Shown: positions 40,959 to 52,470 of the stretch, piece after piece
Layout of the letters: the number at the start of each line of letters is the position of its first letter
Position numbering within the stretch: the first letter of the stretch is position 1
Source of the DNA: Octopus sinensis
Lineage: Eukaryota
Length of the DNA: 64,000 nt
Reading direction: 5' to 3'
Assembly: GCF_006345805.1 (NCBI RefSeq)
Contig: NC_043006.1
Location: forward strand, 12,400,001-12,464,000
Made by a program: the position numbers and the translations under genes
The notes under the pieces: model-generated
Database searches by the model: none
What the model saw: the letters and a program-made list of their open reading frames with translations, nothing else
Told to the model about the DNA's origin: nothing

Positions 40959-42111
40959 TATCACACTTTATGACATTTATTAGTAATACTATTTGAAGGT
41001 GACAGAATAGTCAGAACGTAAAGAACCGGAACAAAACTGTCTTGCATTATTTGTTCCAACTATTTGACTACCGAATTTACTTTCCCCCGATGTGAACTTT
41101 GCTTTACGTTTCCACAGATTCGAGAAAATATAGCCTAAATAAGGCACTCGGATCGATGTAATCATAACTGCTGGTCTTCGGTTTAAATTAGATGAAAAGT
41201 TGACAGAATCATTAGAGCGTCGGAGAAAATGCTTTGCAGTTTTTATTTTGCCTCCCTACATTTGAATTCAAATTCTACTGAGATCACTGTCTAACTTTCC
41301 TATTTCCGTCATCGACAGGTGCATATAAGATTCTGTTGTTAAAATTTGTCTGCAATAAAGTAGATAAACTTCTGCAATACACAGAATATTCTAACATTTT
41401 TTTAAAATATATAATTCCTAATAAATTCTAAATAGAAAATTTTACTGGATATTTTAAACAAAGTGGCTACAGCAGTCCATCTGAGTAAAATAAGAGTTAA
41501 ATGGCTCCATAGCTAAAAAATCTTTGAGAACCAGCTGATTGAAATTATCAGTGGGGCATTGAGTTTGATGTAAACTATTAATCAATTTCTATAGGCATTG
41601 TGCCTATGTTAGAAACAACAACAACAACGCCAAAGGTCATTGCTGTAATGATATTTTAACGCCCGAGTCGGCAAAGCGCTGTACAAATATACGTGGCGGT
41701 ATTTCACCCAGCACTTTCAATTCAAATCCACCAACATTAAATGCTAGTTAAACACTAAGCTCGATTTAATCGATTTCAACCTCGCCTAAATCCTTAGTCA
41801 CGTGCCAAAATCAGAAAATATTGTTTTTCATGATTAATCGCAGGTCAACCATGTTTGAGCAGACTTTTTCACCAGAAGCATCCCAGCTGTGACGTTTCTC
41901 TGTTTTTTTAAAAAATTTTTTTTTTTCCATCTACGAAAACATTATTTAATGTGACTTTTATTAAGACGATAGACGAAATTTAATTGCATTTCCACGACAA
42001 TCAAGGAACTGTGAAAAATTTCCTAATTTGCTAATATACACAAAACAGGACATCATAGACGCTGGATATCTGCGCTGATGAATTTAAGTCACATTGAGAT
42101 AAATTTGTATA

Positions 42112-42510
42112 TCTTTATATATAAAAGTGAGGTTGTGTGCAGTCTGTCTCCTACAATTTAGATTCCTAACTACTCCCACATTTTGCGGTGCAGTTAAACC
42201 AAAACCGGGTATCTTATAGTCGTGATTCATATCGAGCCCTTCTGGGTATTAGCGCGCGTCTACGATGAGTCTACGATTTAAAAAAAAAATTACCATCAAT
42301 TTTTCCCATTTTTAATGCATTTTTGGCATATATAAGGGAAGTAACTCTCTAAGAATTTATTATTTAATCTCAGAACGTAAAAATCTACAGTAACACCCCG
42401 CCCCCTTTGTGGTTAGCCATATTGAGATGGCTATTATACTTTACATCTCTAAAAATGCTTATATAGTTATTTCCCTTACAAACCCGAGCAACGCCGGGCG
42501 ATACTGCTAG
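42112..42510 (+). mobile_element. Non-autonomous Helitron, family H2, copy 3 (399 bp) with a different internal module
   Basis: A|TC...CTAG|T. Segment ~42351-42447 is absent from copies 1 and 2. Confidence 0.9.
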
Positions 42511-42703
42511 TTTTGTGATATAATTCTCTTTACTTGTTTATCTTCGAGATATTATTCGCACTTTTGTTATTAAACACATTGCAACACATATGTACTCGAT
42601 GTAAAATATTGTCCCTCCAATACCTGCAATATTTTAGGGTATATTAGCTTGGGATTCTCAGAATTGTTCAGGCAGAAAGGCATGTCTTCATCATTGTAAA
42701 GAT

Positions 42704-43098
42704 GGATGGATGAAAGCACTCCGTCGGTTACGACGACGAGGGTTCCGGTTGATCCGATCAACGGAACAGCCTGCTCGTGAAATTAACGTGTAAGTGGCTG
42801 AGCACTCCACAGACACGTGTTCCCTTAACGCAGTTCTCAGGGATATTCAGCGTGACACAGAGAGTGACAAGGCCGGCCCTTTGAAATACAGGTACAACAG
42901 AAACAGGAAGTAAGAGTGAGAGAAAGTTGTGGTGAAAGAGTACAGCAAGGATCACCACCATCCCCTGTCGGAGCGTCGTGGAGGTTTTAGGTGTTTTCGC
43001 TCAATAAACACTCACAACGCTCGGTCTGGGAATCAAAACCGCGATCCTACGACCGCGAGTCCACTGCCTTAACCACTGGGCCATTGCGCCTCCACATT
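42704..43098 (-). mobile_element. SINE-C, full length
   Basis: Near-identical to 27226 and 63124; (CATC)n tail; TAAAGAT on both sides. Confidence 0.85.
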
Positions 43099-43389
43099 TA
43101 AAGATATAAAGTTAAGAAAACATACACATACAAGGTTTCTGCTACTTCCAACAATAAGTCACAACACTTTGAATATATCTATATGGAATTTACTAAATCT
43201 GAGCTAATCTGTCTTATTGACCCACATCAGTAATGGCGTTTGTAATTAAAACTTCGAGTGAGGTAACTAAAACCTGCAAAGTATCCAAGACTTTCGCTTT
43301 AGTACTTGGGTTAGTCAACAAATTGAATTGCAACATCCAGTAACTGGACGGCCAACGAGACTAGTATAAGAGTACAAAGAAACTATGGA

Positions 43390-43970
43390 CCTGTGGATGG
43401 ATTTAGGCGATGGAAACTAAATGAAGCCCGTCATATAGATGTGTATATGTGTGTGTGTCTTCATGTCTGCGTTTCTCCCCCACTCCACCTATTTCTTTAC
43501 TACCCACAAGGGGCTAAACACAGAAAGGACAAACAAGGACAGACAAACGGATTAAGTCGATTATATCGACCCCAGTGCGTAACTGGTACTTATTTAATCG
43601 ACCCCGAAAGAATAAAAAGGCAAAGTCGACCTCGGTGGAATTTGAACTCAGAACATAGCGGCAGACGAAATACCGCAATGCATTTTTCGCCCGGTGTGCT
43701 AACGTTTCTGCCAGCTGGCCGCCACTACTGCTTGAAAACCGGCGTTGGTGTGTTTACGTCCCCCGTAACATAGCAGTTCGGCTAAAGAGACCGATAGAAT
43801 AAATACCAAGTTTAACAAAAATAAGTACTGGAATCATTCATTCGACATTCGACTAAAATTTCTGAGTGGAACAAATAAAAGATAAAAGACTAAATGACCA
43901 GAACGTCAGACATCATAAGGAAGGATGAAAGTAAACACCTCAGGGTATTCAACCGTGCGTTCTATTGTTT
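43390..43970 (+). repeat. Inverted duplicate of 36163-36765
   Basis: Same SINE-A-in-SINE-B junctions and the same unique flank, reverse-complemented; roughly ten substitutions and two indels by eye. Confidence 0.9.
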
Positions 43971-44334
43971 CGTAACACAATTAACTGTGCTAATGTCAAT
44001 GCTATTAAATGTGGCGGGGATTATACTGAATGACTCAGTTATTAACAGCCCAGCTGTAGCTTCTGCATGACTTCTGTGCAATATCGATTATATGACTTTT
44101 GTAGATTTGAGATAAGAGTAAAAACCGTCAGGCCGAGGTGCTGAGCAGTGGAATCGAACTCTGATTCCTAGTAACACCAATATGCTTGCAAACTATACTG
44201 CTGTGTACCACAATTCAGCGCTGAGATCTGTGTGCATTCACTTAATCTGGTAGAAACTGTAAGCAAAATTACTGCAAATTTACATGTCTATCGTTCTGAA
44301 TTTAATCAAACTAGACGATGTGGTCTTAATTCTT

Positions 44335-44738
44335 AATATGTTTTCTACTCTAGGCACAAGGCCCGAAATTTTGGGGGAGGGGGCTAGTCGATTAGATCGA
44401 CTCCAGTGCGAAACTGGTGCTTAATTTATCGACCCCGAAAGGATGAAAGACAAAGTCGACCTCGGCGGAATTTGAACTCAAAACATTAGCGAGAGACGAA
44501 ATACCTATTTCTTTACTACCCACAAGGGGCTAAACACAGAGAGGACAATCAAGGACAGACAAACGGATTAAGTCGATTATATCAAGCCCAGTGCGTAACT
44601 GGTACTTACTTTATCGACCCCGAAAGGATGAAAGGCAAAGTCGACCTAGCTGGAATTTGAACTCAAAACATTAGCGACAGACGAAATCCCGCTAAGCATT
44701 TCGCCCGGTGTGCTTAACGATTCTGCCAGCTCGATGCT
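44335..44738 (-). mobile_element. SINE-A dimer (head + A1 unit + headless unit with A2 tail)
   Basis: Junction AAAGAAATA|GGTATTTCGTC near 44496-44520. Confidence 0.85.
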
Positions 44739-45119
44739 TAAGGCCGAAATGTCTCTGATCTTATGTATTTTCGATCAGGGTTATTTAATGACTAAAAAAC
44801 AATAGTTGTTTTCAATTAAATCCAGGTGTCATAAGGATGATATAAATTTACCTAAAGAGATTCGTAATGGGAAGTAATAGTTAACTGCATTGACTACCCA
44901 AGTGCTACAGCAGAACTTATTTTATGGTATGATATAATGAGACAAATTCTCATACTGAATAGGGGTAGATGGCTAAAAATTTTTGAAGCGACTATAGAAG
45001 ATTTTGGAGTTAGCGACACCATTGCATTAGGTATGCATTAGTTATACATTAGGTGGTTTAATTGTTAGTACAGTTCTGATTTCTCCAGGTCTGGTAACAA
45101 CCGATTTCTTTTATAGAGT

Positions 45120-45303
45120 GAGCGAACGAGAGAGAAAGAGAGAGAGGGGGCGGAGAGTGTTTATGTGTGAGAACGAGTGAGAGGGAGAGAATGAGTAAGA
45201 GGAAGAAGAAAAAGAAGAAAAGGAAGAAAAAGAAGAGGAAGAGGAAGGGGAAGAGGAAGGGGAAGGGGAAGGGGAAGGGGAAGAGGAAGAGTAACGGGAA
45301 GGG

Positions 45304-45356
<53 letters not shown>

Positions 45357-45555
45357 AGAAGAGGAAGAGAAGAAGAAGAAGCGGAAGAAGAAGAAGAAGA
45401 AGAAGAGGAAGAGGAAGGAGAAGAAGGAGGAGGAGAGGAAGAAGGAGGAGGAGAGGAAGAAGGAGAAGAAGAAGAAGAAGAAGAAGAAGGAGGAGGAGAA
45501 GAAGGAGAAGAAGGGGAATAAGGAGAAAAGGAAGAAGTAGAAGTGGAAGAGGAAA

Positions 45556-45586
<31 letters not shown>

Positions 45587-45785
45587 GGAAGGAGAAGAAG
45601 GAGGAGGAGAGGAAGAAGGAGGAGGAGAGGAAGAAGGAGAAGAAGAAGAAGAAGAAGAAGAAGGAGGAGGAGAAGAAGGAGAAGAAGAAGAGGAAGAGGA
45701 AGAGGAAGAGGAAGAGGAAGAGGAGAAGAAGAAGAAGAAGAAGAAGAAGAAGAAGAAGAAGAAGAAGAAGAAGAAGAAGAAGAAC
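45120..45785 (+). repeat. Homopurine (GAA/GGA/GAG) low-complexity tract
   Basis: Almost no C or T over ~660 bp; a ~100-bp block is repeated near 45414 and 45585. Confidence 0.95.
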
Positions 45786-46196
45786 TGGTACTTTATTTAT
45801 GGACTTAGAAAGAGGTAGGCTTCATTTCAGCTTATGCTGAACCCGACGCTCAGGGAGCTGGAAGGAATAACTCAAAGTTACTTTGCCAAACGCCTTAACA
45901 ATCTTAACGACACTATCACGCTGCAATCATATATATTTGACTTTAGCTTCATCAATCGACTGATTACATGATTAAATAGTGTTCTCTTATATATATAAAT
46001 CAGCTGTACAGTTATTTATCCCGCTTATCCGACTGTGAGTATATTTGCTTTCATTCCTCAGTGATCGACAAAACTAATACCAATTAAGTTGCAATGACCA
46101 TTATAGTCGGTAAAATCTCACTCCTAAATCTGTGATGGTTTACTAGATGTTTGAAGTTGTTATTTTATTGCGAAAGGAAGGCTGAATTTAATTATC

Positions 46197-47143
46197 CTTT
46201 CTACGATAGGCACAAAGCGTGAAATTTTGAGGGAGGGGGCAAGTTGATGACATCAACCCTAGCGCTCACCTTGTGCTAATTTTATCAACTTCGAAAGGAT
46301 GAAAGGCAAATTCGACCTCGGCGGAATTTGAAATCAGAACGTAGCGGCAGACGAAATACCCATTTCTTTACTACCCACAAGGGGCTAAACACAGAGAGGA
46401 CAAACAAGGACAGACAAACGGATTAAGTCGATTATATCGACCCCAGTGCGTAACTGGTACTTATTTAATCGACCCCGAGAGGATGAAAGGCAAAGTCGAC
46501 CTCGGCGGAATTTGAAATCAGAACGTAGCGGCAGACGAAATATCTATTTCTTTACTACCCACAAGGGGCTAAACACAGAGAGGACAAACAAGGCCAGACA
46601 AACGGATTAAGTTGATTATATCGACTCCAGTGCGTAACTGGTACTTATTTAATCGACCCCGAAAGGATGAAAGGCAAAGTTAACCTCGGCGGAATTTGAA
46701 ATCAGAACGTAGCGGCAGACGAAATACCTATTTCTTTACTACCCACAAGGGGCTAAACAGAGAGAGGACAAACAAGGACAGACAAACGGATTAAGTCGAT
46801 TATATCGACCCCAGTGCGTAACTGGTACTTATTCAATCGGCCCCGAAAGGATGAAAGGCAAACTTGATTCGGCGGAATTTGAAATCAGAACGTAGCGGCA
46901 GACGAAATACCTATTTCTTTACTACCCACAAAGGGCTAAACATAGAGGGGACAAACAAGGACAAACAAAGGGATGAAGTAGATTACATAGATCCCCAATG
47001 CGTAACTGGTATTTCATTTATCGACCCCGAAAGGATGAAAAGCAAAGCCGACCTCGGCGGAATTTGAACTCAGAACGTAGCGGCAGACGAAATACTGCTA
47101 AGTATTTCGCCCGGCGTGCTAACAATTCTGCCAGCTCGCAGCC
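46197..47143 (-). repeat. SINE-A tandem array: one head, four ~184-bp units, terminal A2-tail unit
   Basis: Unit boundaries at 46361, 46545, 46729 and 46912 (periods 184, 184, 183). Confidence 0.9.
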
Positions 47144-47214
47144 TGAAGTAGCATAAGAAATATTGATTACAAATTTTGGCACAAGGCCAGCAATTTAGAA
47201 TGCTGTGATGGGTC

Positions 47215-47368
47215 ATGCAGGATTTAAAATTCAAAGGTCGTAACCACTGTATGGGTTCAACTCTGAATGGGAATTAATTGACTAAATATTACCACAACCT
47301 GCTCCTGTCTGCTTCTGTTAAAATATAGTGCCTCTGGGTGCCAAGTCAAATAGAAATCAATAAACAAC
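47215..47368 (+). repeat. 154-bp direct repeat, copy 1 (copy 2 at 50793-50946)
   Basis: Ungapped alignment with 11 mismatches out of 154; both copies are followed by (CA)n. Confidence 0.9.
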
Positions 47369-47559
47369 AGACACACACACACACACACAGTGCTCTATGG
47401 TACTTATTTTATCGACCCCAAGAAGATGAAAAGCAAAGCTGATCTTGACGGCATTTGAACCCAGAAATACTACATTTGGGCAAAATACTGCTAAGCATTT
47501 TGTGTAGCGTGGAAACAATTTTGCTAGCTCACAGCTTTGAATTTCATGACAACAACAAA

Positions 47560-47660
<101 letters not shown>

Positions 47661-49410
47661 GAACCACACACTAACTCTGAACAGTGACAGTGAATCCCTA
47701 AATGCTGGTGATGTAAAAATTTCGAGTGGCATTTTCCAGGGTGACTCACTGTCACCACTCCTCTTTTGTTTATCCTTGATACCTCTCTCAAAGCTGCTCA
47801 ATGACGCGCAGTACGGGTATAAAATGTTTGATAAAAATATAAATCATCTCCTTTACATGGATGATTTAAAGCTTTTTCAAAAAATGATCAACAACTCAAG
47901 GGCTTACTAGCGATAGTCAAACAATTCAGTGACGACATCAGAATGCAATTCGGTCTCGATAAATGTGCAAAGGCTACCTTTATCAAAGGAAAAATGACAG
48001 AAACATCTAACGTTAACCTTGACCAACAGAATGTCATAAAAGAACTAGACCCAGCGGAGAGCTACAAGTACCTAGGGGTAATTGAAGGGAACAGAATAAG
48101 GCATTCAGAGATGAAGGAAAGGATCAGGAGAGAATGCTATCGAAGAGTGAGAGCAATACTCAAGACAGAGCTGAATGCAAGAAACAGGATCGAAGCAATC
48201 AATGCATTAGCTATACCAGTCGTGACTTACAGTTTCAATATTGTTAACTGGTCAATTACTGAAATATGTCAGCTCGACAGAAAAATAAGGAAACTGTTGA
48301 CAATGCATAGAATGCACCACCCTAAGGCAGATACAGAACGACTCTATCTGCCAAGAAAAGAGGGAGGCCGTGGTCTTTTGCAACTGGCAATAACAATGAA
48401 GATTGCTACATTGGCCTAGACACCTACCTGAAAAACTCTGAGGACTGGATGTTAAAACTTGTCTCAAAACATGAAAACAAGAAAGCATCATACTCAGTCA
48501 CAAAACAGGCAAGGAATATCTAAGTGAATTCCGAATACAACCAATTTCGGAATTAGAGATAGACATACAAGAAACAAGCACAGAAAAAGCTAAGCGCATG
48601 AAAACCCGTGCCAAAACTGCGGCCTTAGATATTCTGAATAATAAATGGCAAGAAAAACCTCTCTATGGCAAATACCCAAAGAGAGCGAATAATGCAGATA
48701 TCGACAAAGCCCTGACCCATCAATGGCTAATGGCCTCTGGCTTAAAATCTGAAACAGAGGGGTTTATCATAGCAGCTCAAGATCAATGCCTACCAACAAG
48801 AAACTACCAGGCCAACATATTAAAGATCAGAAGCAGTCCAACGTGTCGTGTATGCAAGCAACAAAATGAAACCATTGACCATGTGGTCTCCAAGTGCAGT
48901 CTTCTAGCGCCTACAGAGTATCTCAACAGGCACGATAGAGCTGCACAATATATTCACTGGGTAATCTGTAAAAACCTGGATTTGCCCCATGAAAAAAACT
49001 GGTGGGAACACAAACCACCCCCAGTGCTTGAAAATGACCACATCTCACTCCTCTGGAACTTCACCATTCAAACTGACAGGAAGATAGATGCAAATAGGCC
49101 AGACATCATATTGAAAGACTTCAAACAAAGAACATGCCTCCTCATTGATATGACTGTCCCAATCGATATAAACGTATCTGTCAGGACCTACCAAAAACTG
49201 AGCAAATATAAAGATCTTGAAATAGAAATCAGCAAAATGTGGAAGCTGAAGACTAAAACAATACCTGTTGTCATAGGTGCCCTGGGAATGATAGCAAAAG
49301 GGGCTGATAGCTACCTAACTCAGATACCAGGAAACCCAAAAATGGCAGAAGTTCAAAAGATAGTGCTCATGGGAACTGCTCATATCCTACGCAAAATACT
49401 CTCTATGTAA
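47661..49410 (+). pseudogene. RT / REL-endonuclease ORF, about three frameshifts
   Basis: GIFQGDSLSPLLF, YMDDLKLF, YKYLG, CRVCKQQNETIDHVVSKC, RHD, NRPDII, LIDMTVP, KLSKY. Confidence 0.92.
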
Positions 49411-49631
49411 CCTCAAGGTTTAAAACAACCATAATTTTCGGTTTAAAAAAAAAAAAAAAAAAAAAAACTTTTTTTTTTTTTTAGACATTCATTAGTACAA
49501 CATCCCCACCCTCCAAATATATGGCACACTAGGCATAACAACAACATGAACTTCCAACCCTGTTGTCTCTTGAGGTCTCTGGGTGAGACTTGGAGCCAAC
49601 TTGTACAAATATAAAGCAAAAGTCAAACATA

Positions 49632-49632
<1 letters not shown>
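47661..49632 (+). mobile_element. R4/Dong-clade non-LTR retrotransposon, 5'-truncated, embedded in (TAA)n
   Basis: RT plus C-terminal CCHC and restriction-like endonuclease; (TAA)n at 47560-47660 and 49633-49697. (TAA)n targeting is established for Dong elements. Confidence 0.9.
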
Positions 49633-49687
<55 letters not shown>

Positions 49688-49698
49688 GTAATAATAAC

Positions 49699-50058
49699 AA
49701 CAAGAGCAATCAGAGAGCGCAAACCTCCGCCAAGGCAATACCAACGCCCTCTCAACGATTAGCCATTGGGAATTTTTAAAATTAGAACATCTGAAACTAA
49801 CTATGACTCTCACAAACAAGAATACTAAAAATGAACCCGACCGTTTTCAAAAATTAAGTAAAAAAAAACAGTTAAATAATCCTGAACCTTTGTCCAGTAC
49901 CTGATCGATCCCAAAATTTCATTACTTCGTACCAGTCACAAGGCCAAATATCCCTAAAATTTCATCCGAATCTATCCAGCGGTTCTTGAGGTATATTGCC
50001 CACGGACAAACAAACATACACGGCTGAAAAGAGGACCACCGCCGTCGCTAAGGCCAAA

Positions 50059-50062
<4 letters not shown>
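49699..50062 (+). mobile_element. Probable Helentron-associated non-autonomous element (DINE/HINE-like) in (TAA)n
   Basis: 5' AACCTCCGCCAAGG echoed by ACCACCGCC near the 3' end with a degenerate complement; AAATTTCATCCGAATC motif and a short ACAA microsatellite. Confidence 0.55.
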
Positions 50063-50121
<59 letters not shown>

Positions 50122-50610
50122 GGTCACTGAAAACGAGAAAGCAACTATAATCTGGGATATGCCAATACACACAGATACAAAAATTAAGGTCAACAGGCCA
50201 GATATAGTTGTCAGAGATCACGAAGAAACAAAAATGGTTTCTAATTGATGTACCAAAACCAGCAGATGACAACGTTTCTCTAAAAAGAATTGGAGAAACT
50301 TTCAAAATAAAAAGACCTGGAAATAGAGGTAACTAGAATGTGGAATCTAAAGACCGAAATGATTCCTATCATAGTAGGCGCATTACGCACGATAAAAAAT
50401 ATTCAGACAAATACATAGCAAAAACACCAGGACTTACAAACACATATAACATACAGAAAATTGCACTACTGTGCATTGCACACATCCTACGCAAGACACT
50501 TTCAATACAGTAACCATAAGAGCATCACAACAAATCACAGCACATACCCAAGGCACACAGAACTGCGCTCGGTAGTGAAGTGAAAGCACGCTATAAAAAT
50601 AAAACTACTG
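50122..50610 (+). mobile_element. Second R4/Dong subfamily, 3' fragment (REL domain plus a different 3' UTR)
   Basis: ATIIWDMPIHTD..KVNRPDIVV, DLEIEVTRMWNLKTEMIPIIVGAL, AHILRKTLSIQ*; (TAA)n on both sides. Confidence 0.88.
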
Positions 50611-50619
50611 AATGATAAC

Positions 50620-50665
<46 letters not shown>

Positions 50666-50792
50666 CAAACTCGGTGGGATTTGAACTTCAAGCGAAAATG
50701 AAAGTATTTAAATACCCGAAACACATTTACTCCACCACCACAATCGATTGTGCCATCCACTATTCGGAATAATGGCGATAATGAAATGAGAT

Positions 50793-50946
50793 ATGCAGGA
50801 TTTAGAATTCAAAGGTCGTAACCACTGTGTGGTTTCAACTCCGAATTGGAATTAATTGACTAAATATTACCACAACCTACTCCTGTCTGCTTCCGTTAAA
50901 ATATAGTGCCTTTGTGTGCCGAGTCAAAAAGAAATCAATAAACAAC
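50793..50946 (+). repeat. 154-bp direct repeat, copy 2
   Basis: See 47215-47368. Confidence 0.9.
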
Positions 50947-51124
50947 ACACACACACATATACATACATACACATATATATATATATATATAATAAAAGAG
51001 AGAAAGAGAAAATGGAATTCACGAGATATATATATATTTACATATACAAATATTACAAATATGCATACACATATACACACATTTATATGTTATATATATA
51101 TATGTTATATATATATATATATAT

Positions 51125-51174
<50 letters not shown>

Positions 51175-51505
51175 CAGACAGACAGACAGATAGATAGATA
51201 TATAGATATCCACGTACATATCTATAGATATACATATGTATATATATATATATATATATATAGGAATACACTTGTACGTGTATATATATGCTTACATATG
51301 CATATATATATACGCATGCATACGTACATCAATACACACATTTATTCATATGTACATTCGTCAACAACAATATATTTTGAATTATTTCTTCTATTTTGTT
51401 ATTTCATTTCTTTTCTTTCTTTAATTATTATTCATCTGTTTTTTAATTTTATTTCTTTTCATTTCTTTTTTTCTTTTTCTTTTTTTTGTTATACTTTTTG
51501 AAATT

Positions 51506-51605
51506 GTTTACCTAAAATGCAGTAATGATGTAATAGATTTTCTCTTCAAATTTTCTTTAAACCGACTTACCTGAAAAATAAGAAAAGACAAAATAACATT
51601 AAGAA
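51506..51605 (-). promoter_or_regulatory. Candidate recursive splice site or 59-nt exon
   Basis: Minus strand TTCTTAATGTTATTTTGTCTTTTCTTATTTTTCAG|GTAAGT (junction 51571/51570) and a second donor TAG|GTAAAC (51512/51511). Confidence 0.45.
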
Positions 51606-51930
51606 TATGCATTTATATTTGATTGTTATGTTTACTTTATCAATTATTGTTTTTATTTGTTTATTTATTTGGAAACACAATGTCTTCAGTCTTCTTTTAA
51701 TTATGAAAACTGTTTATGCAATTAACGTGAAAGCAATCTACAAATACATTGATTTCTCAAAATTGAATATTCAGATGTAATGCATTATCAATGATGTAAC
51801 ATAATGTCTCCGAGAACTTTAGCCTGTCGAATCAATTACCTACAAAATGTCTCTGAATCAAAACATTGTCGATTCGATTCTTGTCATTGCCCCTTCACTG
51901 TGCTTTTTTAACTATATATTAATAACCTTA

Positions 51931-52470
51931 GAGCGGCGAGCTGGCAGAAACGTTAGCACGCCGGGCGAAATGCTTAGCGGTATTGCGTCTGTCGTTACGT
52001 TCTGAGTTCAAATTCCGCCGAGGTCGACTTTGCCTTTCATCCTTTCGGGGTCGATAAATTAAGTACCAGTTACGCACTGGGGTCGATGTAATCGACTTAA
52101 TCCCTTTGTCTGTCCTTGTTTGTCCCCTCTGTGTTTAGCCCCTTGTGGGTAGTAAATAAATATATATTAAATAACTTTAGGGCGGCGAGCTGGCAGAAAC
52201 GTTAGCACGCCGGGCGAAATGCTTAGCGGTATTGCGTCTGTCGTTACGTTCTGAGTTCAAATTCCGCCGAGGTCGACTTTGCCTTTCATCCTTTCGGAGT
52301 CGATAAATAAAGTACCAGTTTTGCACTGATGTCGATGTAATCGTCTTAATACCTATGTCTGTCCTTGTTTGTCCACTCTATGTTTAGCCCCTTGTGGGTA
52401 GTAAAGAAATAGGTATTTCGTCTGCCACCGCTACGTTTTGAGTTAAAATTCTGCCGAGGTCGACTTTGCC
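51931..52470 (+). mobile_element. Two tandem full SINE-A copies plus a headless partial third unit
   Basis: Copies start at 51931 and 52180, each preceded by TATATATTAA(A)TAAC(C/T)TTA; junction AAAGAAATA|GGTATTTCGTC near 52404-52423. Confidence 0.9.

Noticed and set aside
38590-42510. Opposed H2 Helitrons as arms of one large inverted duplication nested inside the 36k/43k pair
   Set aside because: Their interiors differ and their flanks are unrelated, so they are independent insertions.
45167-45818. 213-aa K/R/G/E-rich ORF resembling a protamine or nucleolar protein
   Set aside because: It is a homopurine simple repeat, which cannot encode stops, and two frames are open together.
46361-47095. 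Regularly spaced repeats suggesting a CRISPR-like array
   Set aside because: The units are contiguous 184-bp SINE bodies with no unique spacers, the context is eukaryotic and there are no cas genes.
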